A stretch of 64,000 nt of DNA from Callorhinchus milii (Eukaryota). Location: NCBI RefSeq assembly GCF_018977255.1, contig NW_024704742.1, forward strand, positions 13,208,001 to 13,272,000. The letters run 5' to 3'. Below, piece by piece: positions 24,101 to 36,100 of the stretch (positions are counted from its first letter, which is position 1; the number at the start of each line of letters is the position of its first letter). The notes beneath the pieces were generated by a model that searched no databases, was not told the DNA's origin, and worked only from the letters and a program-made list of their open reading frames with translations. A program made the translations under genes and the position numbers.

Positions 24101-27100
24101 CTTCGCATGAAAATTCTTTGAAATCACATTTACTGAGGAGATGACTAGTTATTCCTTTCTGCCAGTGAAATAACATCAAACCAAACGTTATGTTTTTGCA
24201 TAATTCCTCCACACTTTAAGCAATTAAGGCTCACACACAAAATCTCTACCAGCACTGCGGCCATGCAAATGATACTTCAACTGCCATGCCAATAGTCTCC
24301 TATACTCAGCCCTATAGGGCTCAAGCTTGTTATGCAATAAGAAAGTATCTCTTCCCTTTGCCCCAAGTTATTTCTATGTGCCACATTAATCAATAATTAA
24401 AGATCAGATACGTGGACAAAAAAAAATCTTTGGATGCATCTAAAATCATTATCTTAAGGTGTTCAAACAATATAATTTCTTGGGACGCAATTTAAGTTTC
24501 AAAACAATTCATAAAAAAAACAAATTGATTAACAATTTGATGTTTCCCCCACTTTAGAGTTAAGGTAAATTCAGTTTGTTTGTAAACCAAGATGTTCACC
24601 CTAGTTTTCTCTTAGGGCCACTAGTTATATAGTTATACTAGTTATTTCAGCACCTTGGGACGTCCTCCCGACGTGAAAGGCACTATACAAATGTAATTTT
24701 GTATACATAAGGTAAATGACACAGCCTCTCGAAAATATCTTACATCCGTTTAGACATTGCCTCACAGAAGTCTTATTGATGAACCAGATAGATTGGTCAA
24801 CAATCAATGGTACTTTGAATTACATTAAACCTGTCAGACACTTTTCTAGTCATGTCTCCTGGAGCTATCTTAATTCAGGGAGATTTTCTCTCTCCTTCCC
24901 CAACATGAGTATATTAGGCTGGAATATGCTGCAAACTGCAATAATCAATCAATACATGAGGCATTGATAAATGGCACTGTGATAATTCCATCCAAAAAGT
25001 GCAAACAGTTAAGACTTTCGTTGCAATAAATAAAGTTATTAATTGCCTGACAAAATGGTAAATTATAACTTTTGTGAAGTGCCATTTTTCTGGGAGGCTG
25101 GGATACAATATAGCATCTTTTTTATAGCAACCTTCATGATCAAAATAACATATTTAAGTGGTTTACAAAATAACTGCCAAATTATTTTGTGAGTAATTAG
25201 TATTTAAAGTATAAATTGTAGAAAGTTTTAATTAACGTGTTACTTAACGGTTTTATTCTATCAATTAGTTCACTTGCTCAGATCAATTTTAATTCAAAGA
25301 AATAAAAATCAATAAAATGTTATAAGCGCATACAATGCTCCTCAAAATATTATTAAAAAATGCTACTACAAATGGAAACGTATTTGTAACAAAATGAAGG
25401 CAGTGTTCTGTCATCATGATGCAATTTGAGGTCTACTTTGTAAAGATTAGCATTATGGGGCGACTGACAAAAACTAACTTTTCAAATCAAAATCCATTTA
25501 AGATTTTAGTCATCTTTATTGAATGCACTTGTATGTCGCAATAAGCAATATTTTCAACAGTGAAAATAAGCTTTAGCTAGTGGTCCCTTCCTTAATGATT
25601 TTAAGTTTCACAATAAGCGTGTTTGAGGGATTCTGCAGTTTCAACATAGAAATGGGTACAAACCAAATGTTTGATTTGGAAATCCAGATCCAGTTTTACA
25701 GAAGACTGGACACATTAGTTGAGTAAAAGTCACAGATATGTATGTTTGATGGTTAATAAGCAGTTTTTCAAACACCACACTTTAACATTCAGAGTGCAAA
25801 TTTAACAGACTTTATAATTTGATCAATGGTGATCTATTGCAAATGCATATCCAATTAATTTTCAAAATCAACAGAATAATTTAAAAAGATTGATAGCCCA
25901 ATTAAACAACAGCATTCTGTAATAGAGGAATTTTGACAATCACTCTTCTGTTGGATTGGTAAGTTGGATAAGAATTCCTTGCTCACCTATATGAATACTA
26001 GTTTTTGTTGAGCTCTGCCAATGGGGATGAAGTAAATTCTATTTTTAGGATTACAAGATATAACTCCCCAAACGCTACCTTTGTTGGAAAAAAAATCTGC
26101 AAAGTAAGCCAATTAATTTGAAAATGTTTCAAGGAAATCCAGGATGGATTTATTTTTAAACAAGTATTTTTAAAAATATCAGGCTCAGTTATGTGTTTTT
26201 GTTTATCAAAATTTGAATTTTAGAAGTTGTTTATTTTAAGTTATTTTGTTTTCAAAAATGGTGCATTTGTGCAGGACTTAGAAACATTGTACCTCAGGTT
26301 TATTAATATGCTTCAAAGGTGCAATACAGCCATGCATCAATGGGATAATAATCCATGCATTTGAAACAGCGCCTTGTCACGTCTTCAAGATATCTGAAAG
26401 CACTTCACAGAATATACTGCAAAGTGAATTGACTTGTGTATTTTTGGGAGAATCGAGGCAGCAAATTTGCGCACAGCAGTGCCCCACAAAAACAGTTGTG
26501 AATTGAGTGACCAAATTATTATTATTTTTAAAGGAATTATTACCCGGAAAAGCGATTTGCCAATTGACTAACAATGAGTCCCTACTTACTACTAGGTAAA
26601 TAGAGATGTGTAAAATAAGGAAACATGCCCAACATTTCGCCCTGCCGGAATCAAACTCAGGTCTCTCGCTTGCGAGGCGAGTGCTCTAACCACTGAGCTA
26701 CAGGACTCCACAGTAGGATTGCAGTAAATAAGCATTTGTGTTGCATTGACAAGTTACCAACCAGAAAAATATTTTGAAATAGTTTATTTTTAGGTCAGGC
26801 TTTTTTCTACTTTGTGTATTCCACTTTTTTTTAAAGAAGTTTGAAAACAAAACTTTTTGAGTGTGATTTTAAAAGCGATGTGCTACAAAGATAGTGGTCA
26901 TTTTGTGCTGTCTTTTCAAAATCCTAAACTTTTTTTGCCCTGGGTGCAATTCTAATAACAATATCCTACAACAATGTTACTGATCTTGTGGTGTGTCTTG
27001 TTCTGTACCTTCACGCTTATGTCATTACTCCTGGTTTGGGGTTAAATGGGAATTTTGAAAAAAATCTTTAAAAAAACTTTAAAATGAACTTTATTAATTT

Positions 27101-30100
27101 TTTTAAAATGAGGACTTTGAAAGGACAAAGCAAAATGACCACTATCATTGTAATTTACAACCACGTTGCTTTTACAATCACACTCAAAATGGCAGGTTTT
27201 GTTTTCAAACTCCTAAAAAAAATCAGCTGAGTGAGAACATTTTGTAAAGCGTAACTAATCAATTAAAGGCACAATAACTGTCAAAAATCCGCCATTTAGC
27301 AAAACATAGTTTTGCAGGAACTCACCATTCCCTGCCACGGTGGTGGTGGACCAATGCTGTGATGAAATTCCCTCATATAATCATTGTAGGACTGTGAATT
27401 AAAGATGTTTTTGCAGATTGAATCCAGGTTTTGAAAAGTATTGACAAGCAATAATATGAACACTTCTACAATTCCAATGCTTCAAAGATTGATAGGAAGT
27501 TACTCACTCCATTTAAAAACACATCCCGTCGAACACCAGAAAATCGTCTGTTGGGAGAAAAGGTTTGGAAATACATTGAAACCATTCAAATGTTCTTTGC
27601 AAGGAAAGTAAAACTAATACGAACATGTGACATCAATTTAAAGAACCTACCTCTCTACTTCTTGGTACCGTGGATCCTTCATGTATCCTGTTCAAACATG
27701 AACACATTAACAAGCGCTGTATTGCAGAACTATCATTACAAATAGGAAGCTGTCCCATTAAAACAAGGCCAAATAGGCCTTATTCAGCAATACAAAAAGC
27801 ATTCAAATTTCCTTTGACAACCTGCAAAGATTTATAGTGCACTTGAAGTAAATAACGTGACATCATCCTTCAGTTCTGCAATGGCAAGTGTAACATTACC
27901 TTCCTTTTAAATTAAGGTGTTTCCCTATGGTGGCTATTTTCAATATTTTGATTTAACAGCTAGTGTTCATATCCTCAGCAGATACTAATCTGGGAATCAA
28001 AGTCCAACACCACGAGGGAACCACGTTAACAGTAGAGTTCTTTTACCTAGGCCACTACAATAAAAAAAATGTATTTCATCAAATGCTGTTCAGAAGGTTC
28101 AACTCATTTAATCTCATTCTTACAGAATATCCACCCTACTGTTTTCTCATTTCTTTCAATGAGTCCTGCATAATGGCCTCAACCAACCAAGCTGTCAATT
28201 GCCCTTCATAATTCTGAACTTGTGCTGTTAACCTGGGGTATTTGATATTTTTGTTCTGGGGTAATGTTTCTTTTGGAATCTTATACATTCATTCTCACAG
28301 ACACTGCTTTCAAGCCTAACTAGTTTAGCAAGTCATCATTAGACCTCAGCCCTCTAACCCTGGGGATGAATCTCGCTGCTGTCCTTTACACTGCCTGTTG
28401 TACCTAAGCAGCCCTCTTTTGTTGCATTGGCCAGGACTATATATACATTTCTTAGCAGGGAACTATGAAAAGATGTACAATGTTTGGTACATTCCATTTT
28501 TAAAAAGCTAATTTATGGTAGAAACAATGTTGGGAGGGAAATGTTCACAATAAACATTTCCACGAATGATCCAGCTTTCATCACTTAACCTGCACCTTCA
28601 CCCAAACCTGCAAATATAATTTCCAAATCAGATTTCCCCAAATTTTCCCCAAATAGTTTTCTTGTCCATAGGTTGAAAAACAAATTTACCCAATAACACT
28701 TTGAAATATAGATTCCCAAATATTTATTTTTCCTATATTTATCATATCACAAATGCTTTCTAGTGAACATGACATAACTCACAAAAGTCAGTCACAATAA
28801 GTTTATAACGGTCTCCTCAATTTATCAGCTATATTTATCAGCCCATTTTTCATAGCACAAAGCTATACAGACAAGAAGGTTGCAGATTTGAACTCTGTGA
28901 TATGTAAACTAACTAATCTTGGGCCAGAGTGGCAGTAAGGAAGTTGGAATTGACTTCAGCACCCTTGCTTTGGGAAGACAGAAATAAACATTGGCTCCTA
29001 CTCCATCGCTGCCTAGCGATTAAATTCCCTGGCTGGATGACCCACATGTTAAGGACATCGTTTTCAATTAGGATGAATCCTTTCCTTGCATTGTCAAGCA
29101 GTATCCAAACAAAGGATCACATATAAATAATTTGCCACTTAGTAAGAGCTTGGAGGGCAATAGAATGTTGATAGAATAAACCGGCAGGATCCTTTTTAAA
29201 AAAAAAATCTATTACTTTTAATGGGAACTACACGGAGCACAGGAGACTTCAAAAATCTACACTGCCACGTGAATCTCTCTTCCCACGTGAAATGCATGTT
29301 CCTGAATGACCCCGGTCAGTAGATATTTTTAATCAAATTCATACCGTCAGCCTGTAGCTGTTAATTTTTACAGGTTGAATCAGCTAACCAATGTATTGAG
29401 TGAACTCATCCTAATACTTTCAACAGATTCTAGAATTGGGTACAGAATTGAAAACCAATCATGGTATGGCAGTTAAATGGCAAGAGAACAAAGATTGGTG
29501 ATAAAAGAATCCTCAGGTGCTACAATAGCATCTTTATAAGGTTAATATGTATCTCGTAGGGTGTGTTCACAGCTAAGCACATAAAACAGTCCACCTGCCA
29601 AATTTTAAAAAATAAAGAATGTTGGAAAAGCTAGAATATTAATTTAAAATTTCTGGGTAAACTAAATCTGGAACATTCTTTCCTCAGTACAAGCAGTATA
29701 AATTCAAAAAGTGAGGGTGGTCAATCCATATCCCTTTTGCTAATTTACTATAATAGCTAGATAGGAAAACTGACTTTTTTTTGCCAATGCTGGTCACAAC
29801 AGCATTTCTGAAACGACTTATGTCCCAAGTACTGCAAGTGAATGTTTCATGGTAGTAGTATATTTGAATGGTCTTATGTTTATCACAACTCATGCATCCT
29901 GTACACACAATGCTGTAATCTCAAGGTATTTGCTTTCCTATCACTCACCTTTATACTGCCTACAGTTGCTCAACATTTTCCATCAGTTTTCAATGATTAT
30001 TGCTGGCCATGAATGCTTAAAAGTATTATTCCACAGCAGTAAACAGGAAACATGCACAGTGGGATACATTTGCACTTACCTAAACATTCCATTCAGTATG

Positions 30101-33100
30101 AGGTGTACTTTTTCAACAAGAAAATTGAGGATTCCATGTAGCAATTTAAAAGGGAAGCCTGTGCAAGTCTAAAGAGACTCACAGCTGCAACTACACATAC
30201 CCAGATATACTTGATTGGGTCTGAGATAATGATCATGTTTTTGTACATCAAAATGTCAATATGCTACAAGATAATGACCTGGTCTTTGTGAGAATTCTGG
30301 TGGGTAGTCAATCCTTGGTCTCTTTCTGGTGTTATATGTGTCATAATCTTCAGCTCGACGCCTACATAAATTAGGTAAACAGAATCATTATGGAAACAAC
30401 GTGATAAATTCAGCTAAAAAAACGCCAAAGGAAAGCAAACACTGTTAAAAAATGCATAAGGCAGCAATCGGGAAATGCAAAAATTGGTATTTAGGTTTTT
30501 TTTACCATAAAACATAGTTTGTGAATTTGATAAGATAAATGTTCATACTCTGACCATAATCTACTTCTCATTTATTATGTGTCAATTACCAATTTTACGA
30601 TTAGTTTAATAAATTCCAAATAAAGAGTGATTATGATCAGCAATTCACAAATGCTAACTGTGCAGAAACATCAGATCTTTCACGTTAAAGATCCTTCAAA
30701 GTAAACAGATAAAAAAGTTATGACCAACTGTTAAAAGACAAGAAGTTTTGAGAAACAGATTGCATTTCCTGACTGCTTTCTTCAAAAAATATATAATTTT
30801 ACTGTATGTTACAGGAACAGAAAGCAGATTTACAAAAAACATTTTTCACTACATGGCAACAAAAATGTAAATTACCATGTGAATTCCAAGAAATTAAACA
30901 TCTTAGATTTTTCAAATTAAGAAATAAAGTTCCCTTGGCCACTGAACATTTCTGAATTTTCAAATATTTTGTACTTTTGACTCAATTATCATTCAAATAA
31001 CTATCCCTATAAAGTGGAAGAGAATGTTAAAATCATAGAAATGTTACAGAAACAAGCGTTTTTAAGATTTGCACTGGTGCTTTTCCTCCACAATGTACCT
31101 AGTGTAATCCCACTCTCCTACTTGCTCCTAATTCATTTAAATTATTTTTCATAATTCCCTGTAACTTTATGGACTGATTCAGAAATAATTGTGGCAAAGA
31201 ATTGCACATTTTAATCACCCTATGTGTCTGCCTTTCAATTCTTTTTGGATATCTTAAATTTGCACCTGCTAATTATTGACTAAGTCAGCAGGAAATCTAT
31301 TATTATTCCGGCCCACAGTAGTGGCCAAACTGTGGGCCGGAAATGATCCAAGGGACTGTCAAAAAGTGCCCCCCGTCCCACCCCGGAATAGTCGCACCAG
31401 TTTAAGTGAGTCAGTGTTCGATCGGTAGTGTCAAATCAAGAACATTTATTTTGTTGACTGACCATAAAGGTTAGTCATCACTGATTTAGCCTTCATAACG
31501 TTGAAGACATCAGTGATCACCATTAATATTCTCACTGAGTGAAAACAGCCCTTCGTCACCTCTATAGAATGAAACCCACATTTCTGGCAACAGTCTACTT
31601 ACCCTAGAATCTAAGATGTATATTTGCTATTGTGTTCATATCATTTACTGGGAATTCATAACTGTGGCCTAAAATATCATACAAGTTCAGCATTACTTGC
31701 TCTTGTATTCTATGACTCCAGGTGAACAAGGTGTCAGTTTTCCTTTTTATTGTCTCATTAAATAAATATATTAAATGTATTAAAATGTATTAAATATGTG
31801 TACAAATGCACCTCCACTCCATTTAAAATCATACTATTTAAGATACATTTCCTTATTCTTTCTATCAAAATGTTTCAACACTGAATTATATCTGCCAACT
31901 ATCTGCCAGCCTGCCATGTCTTCCTGCAATCTTTCACAATTCTAATCACATTTGTTCCCCCCACCCAATTTATGCTTTCAGCAAACTGACAATTGTTCCT
32001 TCCAAAGATCATTAATGTATGTAGTAAAAAAAAGAAGCCTCAATACAGACGCCTGCGGATCAATCGCTACATTATCTCAGTCAGAGAAACTATCTTTTAA
32101 CTCTTTTCCTTCGTGCTCTGCTACCATCTCTCTATCAATGTGGTCACAATCCCCTTAATTTCATGTGTCAATCTTTGTCACAAGTCTCTTGTGTGGTACC
32201 TTATTTTTTGAAAATCACATGCAATGAATTTCCTTATTCTATCCTCCCATTATTTCTTTAAATAATTCTGTAAACTTGGTCATACTAAAGAGCATACGAG
32301 ACTCAACTTTTATTTTATTCTTTGTTTTTTAAATTTCAGATTGATCTAATCTGGTTTTCACTATAAAGTGCCAGGATATAATCCCATTTTCAATATTCTT
32401 TTTCCTAAAATATATTCCCTTTGCATCCTTTCAGTTTCCAGATTTCTGATTGTTACCAAACTAATTTCTACTTGCCAATTTTTCTTTCATTAAACTCTAG
32501 AAAGGCCCCTTTTACCTGGTGTTATTCCATAGCTAACAATTCAAATTACAAATATAATTTTGTACAAACTTTGCTTTAAACGTTAGCTAAATTTGCCTCA
32601 TTTTTTCTTGCTAAACTGGGTATTGCATTACCAAAGCAATAATGAAAACCTGGAAATGACCAACCAAAGTTATAACTATAGTCACATATTACAGTGTTAA
32701 AGTAGAACATAGACTAATTTACCTTTAGTGAGCAATTTAAATTCAAATTCCTATGGTTACAAAACATAAAAGTAAACCTCAATTTGAAAATCTTTTTGAG
32801 AGCCTCGATAGTCCAAAAACAGCAGGTTAAAAAGTGTACTGATGTTGGGTATATGTATACTGAAGTACTTTTTTCCAGCTTTCTGTTACATACTTATGCA
32901 TTTAAAATAAATCAGCAAAAAAAGCTTTTAGGGTGGGAAATATTCCATCATTCTGCATGAATTCTAGCTACTGACTCAGAGGTCCAAGGAGTTACTGTGA
33001 ATGTCAGATTTACAGACAAGAGTTTGCACTTATTTGCATAAGTGAGCTAGCAAACCACAGGATAAAAACAGAAAAGAAGGCAAATTTATAGGCAATATAT

Positions 33101-36100
33101 ATTAGTTTTGTAAACTGAGTTGAATTAAACCCAGTTGGACTCATAAAAACCTATGCAATAACAACAAGCAGCTGAACAAACTATATGCTGGATAATTCAC
33201 CTAGTTTAATTTTTTAAGAATCAAAGGATAAATTCTGTTCCACAATTATTTTGAAAATCAAATTAGCTTAAATAAAAGTAAAATTGTACCAGCACAGAAA
33301 CATGCAAAAAGTGTGGATTTTCCTCACCCATTTATGAAAAACAAAGCAAAGGGCGACTACAGCATATAAAATTCTGGTTAAAGTAGGAACATACCGCTTC
33401 TTGTAGTTGATTTTTGACCACGCAACGAAGGTTTTAATATGACAGTAAAGTTCATAAAGCAGTCCCAACTAATGACTTATGATGTGTGAGCCACAAACAT
33501 AAAGGGAGGGCCTGGCAGGCTGAGAAGAGCTGTTGTGGTAGCAATGCTATTGCAGTCCAGTGCAAAAAATAAACTCCATTCACAAAGACTTTTAAAATAG
33601 CACAGTGAAACCCCTTGGCTCAAAACTTCAAAAGACAGCTGGCCGCACAGTCCGTAATAGCCACAAAGAGAGGGACACTGCCAGGTTTCCTCCTACCTAA
33701 TCGACAGTCCACAACATCAATGAAATGGGCCACTGTTGGATTTTTTTCCTACCTACCACAGGTGCTTTTCCACAAAAGGAAACATTTGTCAAAGGTTGCA
33801 TCCCAGTAAACCAGATCAATCCATAGTCCTTTGACAGAGTAGAGGGTATTGAAAGACTTAAATCTGGCGTTTGGAAGTTGGCTACAAGCAAAAGCACTAA
33901 GCAGAGTGGTTACATCAGTTCTTTGAATTTCTCCACTTTTTGGAATGCGTTAACACCCCTTTTTCCTCCCAGGATCAGGAGGGAACCGTATAAAGTTCAC
34001 AAGCAGTGCTCAGTGAGGTGGCTTCAAACTGTAAACGTCCAGAGGCACTGCGGACATCTAGGAGATCGTACAGACTCAGCAACATCCACTCTCTGGTTTG
34101 TTGCCAGGTCTCCAAGGGTCATCGATTTTTCCCTTGCAAAACAACCTAACCACGTGGATCCTTTCAGAACCTCAGCAGCTTGACGGAAATGTATTCACTG
34201 CGTCTAATTTTTTNAAGGATATTTTTCAATGGGGTTACGCATCACGGTGACCAGGACGTAGCACCAAGCGAGAGTCCCATATTAATGCTCTTCTTGATCA
34301 AGTTAAAATAATTTAACACATTTTCCCCCAAATGAGGTGCCATCTTCTGCAAAATTATTAGACACTGATCCTTTTTAAAGTCCCAGATCACATTATTATC
34401 CATAGGAATATACCTGAAAGAAAAGGCTTTCACAAGATATCATAAAAGCAAGTTACCAATAAAAAATAAACACTTGTTTGTTTACACTCCACCTACCCCC
34501 ACCAAGATTTCATTACTTCTACACAACTCCTCAAACTCCCGACCACCCCGATATCTGTACAAAGGATGTACCACTCCATATATTCAAGTAATTGAAATAA
34601 TAAAATTACCCCACTTTATTACAGTTCATTCTGCACATTTAAGCTTTAGCCAGGTGTATGGCTCCACTCTTTTACTCTTGAAGACGAAAAGCCACTGCTG
34701 TGCAATCCTCATTGAAGCCACAGACTAGTCCATGCAGCTTGACATGAGGATATTAAAATGATCTTCTGCATCGTTGGTACCATGCATGGTGAATCTTACT
34801 GCTGCATCATGTTACTCCAATACAAGTGCCTACTATCAGTCCAAAGAACGTTTCTAACCTTCCCACTTCCCGGACTGGATCACGTCGAGAAGGTCGTCCT
34901 CTTGATCGGGGCTGTGAATGCCCCCTTCTCTTGTGCCGCATTTTATGAATGAACTGATACAAGTCAATGCTTTCATCTGGTGGAAACAGAAGGCAAAGTT
35001 GTGTACCACAATCGGGTTCAATTTCCTAGAGAAAAAAAAGAACATTTTGTTTATTTTGTTGAAGCAGGCGAGCAATTGCAAAACTGCACTTAAGTGTCAA
35101 AAGACTTCATACCTGCCCATCCCTTCCAATCTTAACAGGTTTATTTTCATTCCATAGATTCACAAGATGGCTCGTTTTTGTGAATGGTAATTCGCGCCTG
35201 GGGGAAAAGAAATTTATGAATAAAAAAAAGATTTGGTTGCTTCAATACATTAGCAAATTGAACTCCTTCTAATGCACCTTTACTTTAAGCTCAGTCTCGG
35301 CTGTCCCTTCACTGCAGTGCTGGGGGAGTGCCACATGGTCGAAGGTGCTGTCCTTCAAATAAAATGCTAAACTGGGGTCCCGTTTGGTTGTTCGGGTGAT
35401 AAAGACCTCATGACGTTATTTGAAAATAAGTTAATTTCCCAGAAAAAAGATTATTAACTTCAAGGTTGTTTGTGGGATATTGTGTGTAAACTGGTTGCCG
35501 TATTCCTCTACAAATATAATCACTACATTTAACAGAAAAGCGAATCACTTTGAGATGCATCAACATAAATCGCTTTATTATTTTACAACAGCTTCACATT
35601 CATGCAGGGATTTTTATATTACTAAGTTTGATTCAAATGTATCCCAAAGTAAGGTTCTCCCAACTCCTTGGATCGCCCCTGGTGTTCCAGTCCAGAAGGC
35701 AAGTAACACTAGGATCTGCCAATATGAATTTTCACCTGGCCACTACACAACAGAACCTATACATAGAGAATGGATAGCCTTGACTCAAATCTTTCCACTC
35801 AAGCTCACCTTGTAAACAGAAATTTCTTATACACCCGTTTATAACAAGATTATGAATTTAATTTTGAGTGTATTTCATTACTCGTACACATTACACACCC
35901 AATAATACCTGCAAATCCAGTCAATTTTGAAGACTCCGCCTAACATTTTGGCATTCATTCCTGCAGGTAACACCCAATGAATAGGGGATCCTCCATGGTG
36001 TGATTCCGATGAAAGTCTAGCAAATCCTAAAGAATAAAGCATACATTTATTCCCGGGCGGGTGAAAGTTTCCTTACTCCACACGCCTTTGTTTACCTAGC

